Below, one piece after another: positions 11,830 to 26,190 of a stretch of 64,000 nt of DNA. This DNA comes from Leucoraja ocellata (lineage: Eukaryota). Position 1 is the stretch's first letter. Every line of letters begins with the position of its first letter. Where the stretch lies: assembly GCA_036785375.1 (NCBI GenBank), contig JAWMAR010000040.1, positions 6,448,001 through 6,512,000 of the forward strand, in the 5' to 3' direction. The notes under the pieces are model-generated. The model was not told the DNA's origin and made no database searches. It worked only from the letters and a program-made list of their open reading frames with translations. Position numbers and translations under genes: made by a program.

Positions 11830-12400
11830 GAAAATTAGTAGTTTTGTAAATGCTGTGCCCCTTCTTCCATTTGCAGTGTGCTCCAATCAATTGACTTGAA
11901 GTTCATAAATACCGTTTGGCATTGTAAGTTGCAACGAGCCAGGGATTCACAGGAGTATTGTTGACATTTTTTAATCATCTCCTTTTCCCCTTGTAATTTA
12001 TTGTCTTAATGAAGTTTGGAGTAGCGTGTTTGATTCTGATTCATGGATTGTCCCTTGGAGCTGACGGTGCAGTTAGGTCCCCAATGCTGAGGATATTGGC
12101 CAGGGAGAGATTATTGATTGACATTGGTCCGCTATGTAAGCGTAGTGGCAGGTGGGATATTTGCCACGTGGTAAACCATGGCCTATGTTCCTGTGCAGGT
12201 GGTAGTAAATGTCATGCTCAGTGTATGCCTCCGTAGACAGGTAGCTACTGTTGCTCGTGAAGTTCTCCCCATTTATAATGGCCTTTATTGTCAGGAGGCA
12301 GTTTTGTAGAGTGAAGCAGCTTGGAAGAGGACTTTACTTTTATAGATGTTTAATATAAGGCCATGCTTTAGTGAACAAGTCAGCCATAATTTGGAGCCAA
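11830..12400 (-). mobile_element. Old, degraded RTE-like LINE fragment
   Basis: Minus-strand remnant HGLILNIYKSKVLFQ resembles RT domain text GLxINxxKTKVLxQ; many stops and frameshifts. Confidence 0.4.
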
Positions 12401-15400
12401 GCCTCTGAACATAAAGAGACTGAAGAGACAAGGTATAGCAGATGCTGGTTTACCAAAAAAATGCAGGTCTGGAAAAACTCAGGGGGTCAGAGAGTATCTC
12501 ATAGATAGGTGACGTTTAGTAGGGGGGGAGAAAGCTGGAAAAGACGTGGAGGCAGGACAGAGGCTGGGAAGTGATAGTTAGACTGAGAAACCATTTGCAT
12601 ACTGTAGCTCAACAATGGTTCGGGGTAGTTGGTCTAAAGTAGAGCCGTTACAAGTTTAAGTTTCCTATTCATCCTGTAGATTAATTCAACTCCCATGGAT
12701 AGCTTGTGCTAGATAAATGCAAGTTTAAGTAAACTGTTCAAGTATTGACATAACCTTGTGTTACTAACTTAATACATTTATTAGATCAACATAGAACAGT
12801 ACAGCATAAGAACAGGCTCTTCAGCCCACAATATCCATGTTCAATATGATGCCAAATAATTTCCTACACCTGCACATGATCCATATCCCTCCATTATTTA
12901 TATAACCATGTGCTTGTCCAAAAGCCTCTTAAATAGTATGACTGTATCTGCCTCCACCACCACACCTGACAGTGCGTTCCAGGCACACACTACCCTCTGT
13001 ATAAAATAACTTTGCTCCTCTCACCGTAAAGCTATCCCATCAAATCTTTGACATTTCCACCCTGGGGGAAAAAGGTTCTGACTTCCTATCGAATATTGTA
13101 CGTGCATACTACTGCAGTACATGCAGGATCTATACTTTCATTTTTATTCATACCACTTTGTTGTTTAGCTGGCAAATGGCACTTCTTCCCAAAATTGTAT
13201 ACATGCTGACTAATTGTGGAAAATGTTTGGTTCAGAAAAATTTCATGACTTAAGAAAGGCTGGTAAAACACAGAATGGCATTTTAGGACAGTATATTACA
13301 ATGCAGAGGATGGCATGCTATTCATTACAGCCAAAAATAACTTTATAAATTAATGGCAAGTATCTAAGCTTGTCCGGCACTATGGTGATAAATTGTATAT
13401 TGCGGACTTATTGTACATTTATTATGTTATCCTTAAATTGATGTTTGTTACCATGCCCCATTTTCAAAGTATGAACAATTAAATCCAAAAAATTGAGTGA
13501 AGCAATAATTCAACCTGTAAATGTTGAAACTATACTTGAATGATTGAAAATAAACTAGTTGACTACTGTTATAATTCTTATAACGGCCAAGAATGAAAAA
13601 GCCACCCAGGGATGTATCCAGGAATATGATGAAATAAAAGTTTTTGTAAACATTATATATTTATTAATCTTCTGTATTTTTAATACAATATGTATTGAAC
13701 TTTTCAGATGCAAATATGTGCATTCTTAAAGTATGATCAGTTTCAAATGAATGTTCGAAGTTTTATTTTGGAATGGGAAGAATAATAGTGATACATGCTA
13801 AAGCAGAGACTTATTTAAAAGGATTTTCCTCTATTCCAGGGGAATTAGGTTTTTATATTACTTATTGGTAAGAATTTGGAAAATAATAATGTTAATGTAT
13901 TTTGGCAATAAGATTGATATTTGGAATGAACTGCCAGAGCAGATTGTTGAGGCAGGTACTATAACAGCATTTCTAAGACTCTTGGACATGTACATAGATA
14001 GGAAACGTTTAGAGGGATGTGGGCAAAACATGAGCAAATTAGACTAGTTTAGATGGGGCATCTTTGTCGGCATGGACGTATTTGGCCAAAGGGCCTGTTT
14101 GGTGCTCCAATGACACTGATTCTAATGTCCTTTTCAGATTCCCATATAAGCCTTCTCTTTAAATTATTTACAATGGCTCTACTCAGAATCTACACATATA
14201 TAGATATTGCATCAATATATTTAAAGAAAATTATTGGTTATTGATTGCTGAATCAAGTAGTCAATGATTACTAAAATCATGTAGTTGGAGTGCAAGGGAG
14301 AAATGGCAAGTTGGAGTTGCCAGGATGGTGCTTGTATCCTATGGTTAGAATAATGATTTCTTGGTTTGCAATCAAAGATTACAAACATTTTGAACCAGGT
14401 GATCTAACCTGCATCAGGAGCATGTACAGCAGCACCATGTTCCCATATCGGGAGGGGGGGGAGAGGGCGCAATTCCACAAAAGGAAGGCGAGTGAATTAT
14501 TGTGCACACTTCATTAATTATACAAGGATATTTTCAGGTGAAATGTTAATACAGGTAGTAAATTAAATAAATGCCAACATATCTAGCATCAATTAACCTC
14601 AAATTGTCAACGTTTTCATAGGGAAATGGACAAAATTAAAATCCAAACTTCTACAAAGAAAACTAAAATAACCTTAAATTAAGTGGCTGATATTGCATGA
14701 TCTAATGGTGCTAAATTAAGATCCGTGACAATACACTGAAGTAAATCATAATTTACAACATTTTTATGCTGTACATCTTCTGCATTAAGTAATATTGAGG
14801 TGTCAGCAGGACCACAAGAAAGAAAAAAACCTCTTTAAATTGAAAATGGAATAGATAATAAAAGTTTCATTAAGATAATCTTGTCTTTCATACAGGGACA
14901 ATCACATCATCAATATTGTTTAATGTAGCTTTCCACCTGCTAATTCACATATTAAACTTTATGGCAAGGGTTAGTTTTGTACTTGAAAACCTGATCATTT
15001 TTTAAATGTTTCATTTTTAAGATCAGATAGTCCTGCTTCCAAAAAGAAAACAATGAATCTAACATTTCAAGTGACATTACCCATGACAATTGTATTTTTA
15101 TTCTAATCTTAATTAGTTCTGAATCTGCTACATATTCAGAACTATAACAATGTACCCTCATTTTATTATTCAATGTAATATTGGTGAATTATGACATATC
15201 TTTCACAGAACACAGCTAGGTTAATTTTAGTTATGTTACCATACCACAGTTAAATTATATTGCTGCAGGTTAATCAGTCTCTTTTTCTTTTCATGAGGTT
15301 ATATTAGTGCCTTCCATTTGTCAACCCTGAACTCGCATAGCCAATTTATAATTCACTAAAATATCACAATGCTTAAATTCCTATTTGGGTGTTTCCATAA

Positions 15401-18400
15401 AACAAAGATCATAGAGCTCTGCTCTTATGATCCTTGCCATAAATAAGGGTACAGAGGTTTTAAAAATAAAGTATTAAGCAAACCAACATAATGAGAACTC
15501 AGAAAATCTGACCTCTACCGACGAACTGCTGTAATTACAGCTTAAATACCTGCCAGTTTTGCAATTGACAATTTGAGGTTAGCAAAGGCAGTTACATTCT
15601 AGTTACAGTGTCAGTGTACAGTGTACAATAGTTAGAAAAATGAGTAAAGTTTCACAGGTTGTTAGCTTTTCTTTATTATCTGTTCTTTATTGTTCAGAAA
15701 TGTAATTTTCATAACTGCAAGGGAACATTATCAGCTTTGTGACTCGCCATTTTAAATTCTCTGCCTGTGTATCCTTACACATTATAATAAAAGAGTTTCA
15801 CAATATCTGAATTATTGACTTTATTCAACTGACTACAACTTGGATTATCTGCTGATGCGTTCGTAGTGGAGGTTGCGGGACCCCCCTGTAGCCAAGTAAG
15901 CTGACCCCCCCCCCATACACTGTTTCCTCCCACACTCCAAAGACATGCTAGTGAGTTGGTAAATTAGAATTATCCCATTTGTATGTGGGAAGGGAGGAGA
16001 TGGACATGTCAGGAAGAAAAGGTCACAGGGAAATAAGTGGAGGAATGGGATTGAGAGCTTCCATTCATTCATTGGGTTCATAAGGAAATAAAACAATACT
16101 TGCAGACATGGTACTAATTATTTTCCGATATGAATTTATGCTTAAAAAATATTCAAGTTAACTCCCAGACATTAACTTTAAAGCTCTTTCAGCAGATTTC
16201 TCATTTACGTTTGACAATGTGGAGAATGGGTTAAATGCTTGATTTCCATAAAATATTAATCTTTTACAATACAGCCCTTTTACCATACCTTTTGCATGTT
16301 GTGCATAACTATACACATTTGAATGTCATATTCACCACTGCAATTCATAAAATAACCATGTATCATTTACACTTTGAAATTGTCACATTATTTCATTTCA
16401 GAATTCTGTAAATTATAATACATATTTTGATATTGTTTTAAAATTATTGATACTAAGAACACAAAGATGGGATATGTGAAGACCAGATCTAGCGCAATGT
16501 GCATAGAAAATTCTAGTATATTGATCTCCAAGTAGCTTGCAGTCACAGCTAGGATGTCAAAGATATCTCTCTCTTACCCTCTATTAAATACCCCAAACTT
16601 CTAAATTAAAATTCAAACTTCTAAATTCATATATGGCACCCTAATTAACTCACTGTGAATCATCCTACCCAATGATTAAAATATTGTGGCTGAGCATGCT
16701 CATGTTTAATAACAGAAGCATGGAGTATAAATGAGCGTAGACAGAAAATGCAGGAGTAACTCACGGGGACAGGCAACATCTCTGGTTAGAAGGAATGGGT
16801 GGTGTTTTGGGTCGAGTCTTCTTCAGACTCCAGCATTTTGTGTCTACCTTCGATTTAAACCAGCATCTGCAGTTCTTCCTTACCCAGAGAATAAATGAGC
16901 ATTGAGCCACACTGTTCAATGGTGCTAGCAAGAGCCCTCATAAGATGAGAAATCTGCAATGTTTGTTTTGTAATAGAGGCAACAAGCACAGGTACTGCGA
17001 TGCAGTACATTTTCCTTTGGGGCTGAAAGAAAACTGATTTTTCTCCTAAGAAACTATTTAACAATTTGGGGCTCTTATGGAAGACGAGTTTCTCATGAGA
17101 ATATAGCTCCAAGGTAGAAATCAGTCAAACACTGCCATATCCTGAAGGGTGAAAAGTTTGAGCCTCTCTTAATCCGCCACTCAGAAGCCCGCAAGGGCTG
17201 TATAGTGATTTTCAAAGGCCAATTTTCTCAGTGTGGCAAAGGAGACAGATTGACAACAACGCTGTTCTATGATCACATCAGGTAAAGTCTGTCCTCTTGC
17301 ATTGAGCAATATTCTCTGAAGAAAAATCTGAATCTTGCCAATTTGTCAATATGTTTGACTCTAATATCTATAATTAATATCTAGGGTATGGGTGACAACA
17401 TTTAGATCCCATTTCTTCTCTCTTACACCATTTGATTTATATTATTGATTGATTGGACCCAAATACTGATTCTACATTCAAAATTGCTCCAGCAACACAT
17501 TATAAAACATTGTCATTTCAAAATGGACTGCAACCAGTACTCGGGAATTCTGGAAACGGTAAAATATAAAGATAGTAATCGCCTATTTCATCTGGTTTTA
17601 AACGGGCAAGCTCTTATTTTGAGGTGGTGACCTGCATTTGATTCCTCCCACTTCTTTGACTCTATCTATACTTCTTGTTGCCTTAGAAAAGCAGCCAAAA
17701 TAATCAAAGACGTCCCACCCTGGTCATTCTTCCTTCTCCCTGCTCCTGTCCGGCAGAAGATACAGAAGATTGAAAGCTGTACCTCTGTACAGATGACAAT
17801 AATAAACCCAAACTTTAAAAAAAATCTGGATTTCTCAGGAACCTGTGCATTGCATTTGGTAAAGAGTATGTTTTGAATTATTTTTATTATCTTGCAATTT
17901 GATTATTAAAGTGTTTTATTATTTCAGATACTTCTAATATATTTTAACGGTTCAAGTTTTTTGACGGAAATTCTGAGGACATAATTTGAAGGACTGTATG
18001 CAGTTCTGATCATCCAGTTGCAAGAAGAACTTCATTGTTGGAAAGAGTGCTTAGAAGATTCACCAGGATGTTACCTGGGCATGCAGGCGTGAGTTATAGA
18101 GAGGTTGGATAGGCTGGGACCTTTTTCTTTGGAGAATGGGAGGCTAAGGATGTACAAGATCATGAGGGGCATGAATATAATTAATGTTCTCAGTCTTTTT
18201 CCCAAGGTAGCGGATTCTAAAACTGAAAGACATTCTCGTAAGTTGAGAGGGGTGAAATTGAAGACGAACCTCAGGCAAACCTTTCACTCAGGGTGATCCA
18301 CATCTGGAGTGAGCTGCCAGAGAAAATATGTTTTGACAGATACATGGATAGAAAGAGTTTAGAGGGCTATGGGCCAAATAGTAATAGACCAGTATTCCAA

Positions 18401-19251
18401 CTTTATCAGCATGGGCAAGGTGGGCTGAAGGGCTGTTTCCATGCAAAATGTTAAAATAATGCAATCTAATGAAAAATAGCTTCGCAATTTATGAATTTTC
18501 ACTTAACAAAATTCAGGAATGGGACATTTTAGTAAATCAAATCAAAAAAATAAGTAAAACAAAAGTAAAATAAAGTTTTAAAGAAGTAAAACTTGAATTC
18601 AAATTTTAAATTGTATGAACATGCGTGTTTTGTTACATCTCATAATTTACAGACAGTACCAGTTTTTTTTTTTAGCTATCATTGCTCAAAGAGTCTGCAG
18701 TATGCCTGTCAATTTCAAAAGTAACTTTAAAGTGATTCCCAAGTTGCCCATTGAAATCACATTATAACCAATTCAGCCCACACAATGCAAGTAATGTCCC
18801 CAACTTCATTAATTGCGTTATATTTAATCTGTGATAATGGAAATGCACATTATAGCAGAACAACTGTACTACAAAAGGTTTGTCAACCATTAATGCATCA
18901 AGCTGTAGGTTTAGTTTAAATGAACAGATTACTTCAATTCCCATTTCAGTTCATCAGATCTGTCCTGTCAGCAAATAGTGAACATACTTTACATATCATA
19001 TTATTGTATATATTGTTGCCAGCTACAAGGATTTGAATTTGTTCCTTCACGCCTAGAATAACTACTAACATTTAAAAAAACATTTAAACATCAAACAATT
19101 ATAATTGTAAGCAATATGGCCACATTTGATTTATATGGACACACCTGGTTCAATAACTGAAGTATATGCAGAGGGATAAATTAATAAATGTACAAGTTTG
19201 GCAATAAAGTTTAAGTGCATAAAATCAGTGTTTACCACCTATGGCTTGCAA

Positions 19252-19725
19252 ACCATATAACCATATAACAATTACAGCACGGAAACAGGCCACCTCGACC
19301 CTTCTAATCCGTGCCAAACACATAATCTCCCCTAGTCCCATATACCTGCGCTCAGACCATAACCCTCCATTCCCTTCCCGTCCATATAACTATCCAATTT
19401 ATTTTTAAATGATAAAAACGAACCTGCCTCCACCACCTTCACTGGAAGCTCATTCCACACAGCTACCACTCTCTGAGTAAAGAAGTTCCCCCTCATGTTA
19501 CCCCTAAACTTCAGTCCCTTAATTCTCAAGTCATGTCCCCTTGTTTGAATCTTCCCTACTCTCAGTGGGAAAAGCTTTTCCACATCAACTCTGTCTATCC
19601 CTCTCATCATTTTAAAAACCTCTATCAAGTCCCCCCTTAACCTTCTGCGCTCCAAAGAATAAAGCCCTAACTTGTTCAACCTTTCTCTGTAACTTAGTTG
19701 CTGAAACCCAGGCAACATTCTAGTA
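19252..19725 (-). mobile_element. CR1-type LINE 3' fragment
   Basis: ORF 19332-19718 LSYRERLNKLGLYSLERRRLRGDLIEVFK...FFTQRVVAVWNELP is the CR1 ORF2 C-terminus; TTATATGG tandem tail. Confidence 0.9.
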
Positions 19726-20199
19726 AATTATATTATATTAGCGTACTGTTTTAACATGATCATAATCAACAGGGGAGGTATTCTGCCTTCTGTACTTGGT
19801 GTGTGCGAGATGTAACTCTAGACCTTCCATTGTGGTTAATTTTTAAGAGTCCCCTGAAATCACCACCAAGCTATTTGACAATTAGGGATGGGTAAGAGAT
19901 GCTAAGCTTGTCAAGTGATTAAAAAAAGGAATAGAAGATTTATAAATCAGGTGAACATTGGTCCACCTAGTCCAATGACCGGCAGTGTCAGTGAACAAAT
20001 GTCTTTTAAATTTGGTGGGTCAGGAGATACACATTGCAGCCAATGGCCGATCAGGCCTCAGATCTCTGTACTGTTTGTTTTAATCAATTAATGCGGTAAT
20101 GATGCTCCCAGCTTTCTCACTGATGATATGTTAGCATAAAAGCATGTTCCGTATACATGAATAACATGCTCTCCGTGTTGCCAACGTAACTAAGTTACC

Positions 20200-22815
20200 T
20201 TTGTGGAGCCAAAGGAAGTAATGGTCTTCCATTGTTCCACTGGGTCTTCCCCTTCCCCCTCAAACCAGGTGACCCCAGCTATTCCCCACCCGCACTACAG
20301 TCCTCATACCCCCCTCCTCCCTGACCATCTACCACCCCCCTACCAGACATCGCCTCGGCCTCCGTCCACTCACCTGCCTTCCTCTGGCCCCAACCCCATC
20401 CTTGCCGTGTGTTCACCATCCCCCCTGACCTCCCCCTCTCGGATACCGAACGGTCTGTCCTCAGCAGAGGCCTCACCTTTGTTCCCCCCCCATCCCCACC
20501 TCAATGAGTTCTGCATCCGCCAAGATGTGGAGCTCTTCTTCCGTCGCCTCCCCATCAAAGCGTTTTCCATGGAAAGGAGTCCTCGCCCCTAGTGATGACC
20601 CCTTCTCCCATCTCCAACGGACCCCCTCCTCTTGGAGTCTTTCTCATGGCCATCTACCGGCTTTAGACCTTTTTATTTTAAACTGCCGGCGGGACATCAA
20701 TCGCCTCAACTTCTCCACTCCCCTTTCTCACTATAACCTCTCGCCCCCTGAACGTACTGCCCACCGCTCACTCTGCAACAACCTAGACTTGGTGATCAAA
20801 CCTGCCGACAAGGGAGGTGCCGTGGTAGTCTGGCGTGCTGATGTCTACAAGGCTGAGGCCACGAGCCAACTCTCAGACATCTCCTATTTATCCTTGGACC
20901 ATGACCCCACAGACGAGCACCAGACCACAATCTCTAACACTATCACTGGCTTCATCACTTCCGGCTCCCTACCCTCCCAAGCCTCCAACCTCATCGTTCC
21001 CCAGCCCCGCACAGCCCGATTTTACATTCTCCCCAAAATCCACAAACCTGGCTGTCCTGGCAGACCCATTGTTTCTGCCTGTTTGTGCCCCACCAAACTT
21101 ATTTCTACATACCTCGACTCCATCCTATCCCCCTAGTTAAATCCCTCCCTACCCATGTTCAACACACCTCACACACTCTTCGTCTCCTCCATGACTTCTG
21201 TTTTCTAGGCCCCCATTCCCTCATCTTCACCATGGATGTCCAGTCACTCTACACCTCAATCCCCCAACAGGAGGGTCTTAAAGCCCTCCTTTTCTTCCTC
21301 GACCGCAGAACCAACCAATCCCCGTCTACTGATACTCTCCTCTGCCTAGCAGAGCTGGTCCTTACCCTTAACAACTTTCCATTTGACTCCTCCCATTTCC
21401 TCCAAATCCAAGGCGTAGCTATAGGCACGCGCATGGGCCCAAGCTATGCCTGCCTCTTTGTAGGGTACATCGAACAATCCTGGTTCAAGGCATACCATGG
21501 CCCTATCCTGAAACTCTACCTCCGCTACATTGACGACTGCATTGGTGCTACCTCCTGCACCCATACAGAACTTCATCCATTTCACCACTAACTTCCATTC
21601 GGTACTCAAATACACCTGGACCATTTTCGGCATCTCCCTACCGTTTCTAGACCTCACGATCTCCATCGCAGGTGACAGACTACTGATCGACATCTACTAT
21701 AAAACCATTGACTCCCATGGCTATCTGGACTACACCTCTTCCCACCCTGCTTCCTGTAAGGACTCCACCCCCTACACCCAATTCCTCCATGTACGCCCAA
21801 TATGCACCCAGGACGAGGTGTTCCACACCAGGGCATCGGAGATGTCTTCATTCTTCAGGGAATGTGGGTTCCCATTTCTACTATAGATGAGGCTCTCCCC
21901 AGGGTCTCTTCTGTACCCCGTAACTCTGCTCTCACTCTCCATCCCCCCCACTCGTAACAAGGGCAGAGTCCCCATTGTACTTACCTTCCACCTTACCAGC
22001 CATCACATACAACAAATAATCCTCCGCCATTTTCGACACCTAGAACGGGATCCCACCACTGGCCACATCTTCCCATCTCCTCCCCTTCGGCTTTCCGCAG
22101 AGACTGCTCCCTCTGTAACTCCCTGGTCAATTTGTCCCTTCCCACTCAAACCACCCCCTCTCCTGGCACTTTCCCTTGCAACCGCAGGAAATGTTACACT
22201 TGTCGCTTTACCTCCCCCCTTGACTCCATCCAAAGACCCAAGCAGTCCTTCCAGGTGCGGAAGAATTTCACTTGCACCTTCTCCAACCTCATCTACTGCA
22301 CCCGCTGCTCTAGGTGTCAGCTGCTCTACATCGGTGAGACCAAGCGTAGGCTTGGCGATCGCTTCGCCCAACACCTCCACTCAGTTTGCAATAACGAACC
22401 TGATCTCCCGGTGGCTCAGCACTTCAACTCCCCTTCCCATTCCGAATCTGACCTTTCTGTCCTGGGCCTCCTCCATGACCAGAATGAGGCCCATCGTAAA
22501 TTGGAGGAACAGCACCTCATATTTCGCTTGGGTATTTTACACCCCAGCGGTATGAACATTGACTTCTCCAATTTCAGGTGGTCCCTGCTTTCTCCTTCTT
22601 TCCCCTCTCCTTCCCAGCTCTCCCACTGCCCACTGTCTCCGGCTCTTCCTTTCTTCTTCCCGCCCCCCCCCCCCCCCATCCACATATCAGTTTGAAGAAG
22701 GGTCGCGATCCGAAACGTCGCCTATTTCCTTCGCTCCATAGATACTGCCTCATCCGCTGAGTTTCTCCAGTATTTTTGTCTTCCTTCGACTTTCCAGCAT
22801 CTGCAGTTTCTTCTT
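20200..22815 (+). mobile_element. Penelope-like retroelement (RT + GIY-YIG endonuclease, Neptune-like), inactivated
   Basis: Frameshifted ORFs: IKPADKGGAVVV, LPKIHKP..GRPIVS, MDVQSLYTSIP, QIQGVAIGTRMGPSYA, YLRYIDDC; Cys linker CNRRKCYTC; GIY-YIG NLIYCTRC...LYIGETKRRLGDRFAQH...GMN. In-frame stop at 21134-21136. Confidence 0.92.
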
Positions 22816-22822
22816 AAACTAA

Positions 22823-23364
22823 AGGGGCTGTCCTGCTTGGGCAACTTAATCCGCGAGTTCTGGCGAGTTTGCCCTCGACTCATACTCGCAGCATGGTCGA
22901 CATGAGGTCCTAGGAGGTCTTTGTAACTATCCTTCATGCTCGAGAGTAGTCCCCGTGTACCCGAGGCCTCAGCTAGGTCGTGGCATATTTTTGGAAAAAT
23001 GCCTGCGAGTAAAAAAAGCTCGCCATGGAAAAAAAAAAAAAAAAAAAAAATCGGTACTTTTTTTACTCGGTTTAGTCGTAGTAGGTCGGCATGTTAGTCG
23101 TAGGTAACCGAGGGTAGTCAAAGGTAATCAAAGGTAGTCAAAGGTAATCGTAGATAGGCTGATAATCGAAGGGAGGTCAAAGGGAGGTCAAAAGAGATCA
23201 TCTTCACTCTCCACTATTCGGTGTCCAATTTTCCCGAAGTTATTCGTAGCTAGTCATAGCTAGTCGAAGCTAGTCTTCAACATAGTCGAAGGAGATCTTC
23301 AACACGACATTTTTTCAAACTCTCCTAAACTCACCAATTAGGTCGCCCAAGTGGGACTGCCCCA
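22823..23364. mobile_element. PIF/Harbinger-like MITE
   Basis: Imperfect TIRs AGGGGCTGTCCTGCTTGGGCAAC ... GTCGCCCAAGTGGGACTGCCCCA, flanked by TAA (22820-22822 and 23365-23367); short internal tandem repeats. Confidence 0.75.
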
Positions 23365-24174
23365 TAATGGTAGACAAAAGTGCTGGAGAAACTCAGCGGG
23401 TGCAGCAGCATCTATGGAGCAAAGGAAATATGCAACTTTTCAGGCCGAAACCCTTCTTCAGACCCTTCTGCCCCTTAATGGTCTTCCTAGATCTTCTATA
23501 ACATCATCAAGGATTTGTTCCACCTCGCTCAATCTTTCTTCTCCCTGTTCCCGTCAGGCAAAAGGTACAGACATTTGAAAATGTGCTCCATCAGACTCAG
23601 GAACAGCATCTTCCCCTCTGTTCTCAAGTTTCCATATGCAAGGGTGCTGTCCGATTAAAAAAAAAATGTGGATGCATATATGGATAGCAGGTGTTATTTA
23701 GAGGGCTTCGGGCCAATTGCAGGCATTTTTTATTAACCCAATATGACAACTTGGTCAAGGTGGGCCGAATGACCTATGCTATACAGCTCTATGACACAAC
23801 ATTCAGGTTGACTTTAAATTGCCATTGAGGCAGGCCTACCAAGTTACCAACACTCTTTTCAAATTTCATAATTTTAAATGGAAATGAATTTTCCTCAGAA
23901 TATGGGCAATATCAAGTTCTCCCTGAAAGCTATTACAGTAAGTAATGTTACTTTGTGTAAATTAAGTAATATGCACCTGTTATTTATGGTAACTTTACAC
24001 TGGAGAAAATTTGTAAATGGTATAAAGCCCACAAAGGCCAACTCTTATATTGAGATTTTAAACAGAATATACTTCCATGCAGATTCCAATATAAATTCTC
24101 AGAGTCCTGTAATGCCACATTATTTGTTGGAATAATTCTGCACAGGCTGGTGTGATTAAAGATATAAGGTAAAT

Positions 24175-24485
24175 TTAAACCCGCAGTTTGAATGACTTCT
24201 CAATAATTTCATTGGTCTTATCATGTCGAACTTCACAAACATAATTTACCGAATTTTTTTCCATGAGAATTGGCAGCTTTGTGATTGTCGAGTACAGTCC
24301 ATTTTTGTCTATTTCGGGCTTTCCCATAATTTGATAATCCGTGCAATCGTTCGATGTCTTGTACCAAACAACTTCTATATCCTTTGGGCAAAAATGTTCA
24401 ATCCTGCAACCAAGAGTATATTTTCCACCTATTTTGAGTCGATCATTGTCACAGTTGGTAAAACTTGATACTTTAGGAGCCACAG
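24175..24485 (-). CDS. NCR3LG1: B7-H6-like gene exon 10: terminal IgC1 domain (6th after the TM) with stop
   Basis: tttttccacag|CT acceptor, phase 1. AVAPKV...LGCRIEHFCPKDIEVVWY...NGLYSTITKL...YVCEVRH...FKLRV*. Confidence 0.85.
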
Positions 24486-25990
24486 CTGTGGAAAAATTGA
24501 AATCACAAATATCAAATACAAGTTAAAGTCATGCTTACTTTATGTTCCAAAGTGACCTGGGCAAACAAAATAATGTTATTCCGCTTGGTTAGCTTACAAC
24601 CCAATGGTGATGAACAGTGGAGACTTCAATTTTTGGTATTTAACCTTACAAACACCCCTTGCCCTTTTTACTGCCCTCACCTTTTTTTTTAAACCCTCTC
24701 TACCCTGTGCCCCACCTGGATGCACACCCGATTCTTCCTTTCCCCTTCTCTTTGCCCTCATCCACCCACACTACTTCCTCTGGCTTCAAATTTCATGCCT
24801 CTTCTATCCTCTTTTGAAACTTTTTTTTTTGTTGCATTTCTGGCCTTTGTCCAACCATCTGACAATCAAAAACCTCACCTATATCGATCTATCACATGCC
24901 AGGCTTTGTCCTACCCCCACCTCGCTTCTGGCTTTCCCCCGCCCCCCATGGTGCCACCCTTTTTTGCAGTGAAATCCTATTTCTATAGTCGGTGCCAATA
25001 ATATCAACACACAAGGCCCAAATTCAAACTAACTACCCATTACCAAACACAGAGCTGCTGCCTCAGCACCAGAAACCCAGGCTTGATCCTGACCTCAGGT
25101 GCTGTGTGTGTGTGTGGAGTTTGCACAGTACCCACGAGACTGTGTGGATTTCCTCCAGGTGCTCCCGTTTTCTCCCATACCCCAAAGAAGTGTCGGGCCC
25201 CACCTTTGATTAGACCATAGAACAGTACAGCATAGAGACAGGCCGTTCGACCTACAATGTTTGTGCTGAACATTATGCAAAATGAACATAATTTCCTCTG
25301 CCTGCATGTTATCCATATCCCTCCATTCCCTGTATATCCATGTGCCTATCGAATAGTCTCTGAAAGGCCACTAACATATCTGCCTCCACCACCACTCCAG
25401 GCAGCATATTCAAGGCACCCTCTACTCATTGTGTAAAAAACCTTGCCTCGCACATTAAACTTTGCCCCTCTCACTTTAAAGCTATGTATGCTCGTCTTTA
25501 ACTGTCGAACTTATCTTTGCCTCTCATAATTTTATACACCGGCATTTCTCACAGGTCTCCCTGCAATTTCCAGTTCCAAAGAAAACACTAGGGTTACCCA
25601 ACCTCGCTTGACAGCTACTACCCACTAATCCAGGCATCATTCTGGTAAGCCTCTTCTAGACACCTGGTAGCAGTGCTGCCTTACAGTGCCAGAGACCTGG
25701 GTCTGATCCTGACTCTAGGTGCTGTCTGTACGGAGTTTGCTCGTTCTCCCCGTTATTGCATGGGTTTTCTCCGGGTGCTCCGATTTCCACCCGCATTCCA
25801 AAGACGTACAGATTTGTAGGTTACTTGGCTTTGGCAAGAATTGTAAATTGTCCCTAGTGTGTATGATAATGTTAGTGTACGAGGTGATCATTGGTCGGCC
25901 GGATCCTGTGGGCTGTTTCTGCGCTGTATCTCTAAACTAAACTAGACTAATCACCCAAAAATAAGAGGTTTCGACTATAAATCTGTGTAA

Positions 25991-26190
25991 AGGGCCTGTC
26001 CCACTTGGGTGTTATTTCCGCGTTATTTATGCAACATCATTTATGCGTCACGACGCAACATCATTTACGTGTCACGTCCGTGTCGTGACGCTCGCATGGC
26101 ATGCATTACGGGCGCATTGCGCGATGGTGAGACGTGGTGGCGTAGGCAGTGAAGCTCGTGACGCCCCAGGATTTTGGGATTCACTTAAGG
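25991..26190. mobile_element. Truncated Harbinger-like MITE (left end only)
   Basis: TAA|AGGGCCTGTCCCACTTGGG, the same terminus type as 22823; CpG-rich internal repeats; no right TIR seen. Confidence 0.55.

Noticed and set aside
11830-12240. Long minus-strand frame broken only by TGA codons (NUMT or recoding?)
   Set aside because: No resemblance to mitochondrial proteins; adjacent frames show RTE-like LINE remnants.
13200-19200. Short ORFs in the AT-rich gap (e.g. 16855-17112)
   Set aside because: No recognisable protein similarity or consistent exon chain; non-coding elements cannot be excluded by eye.
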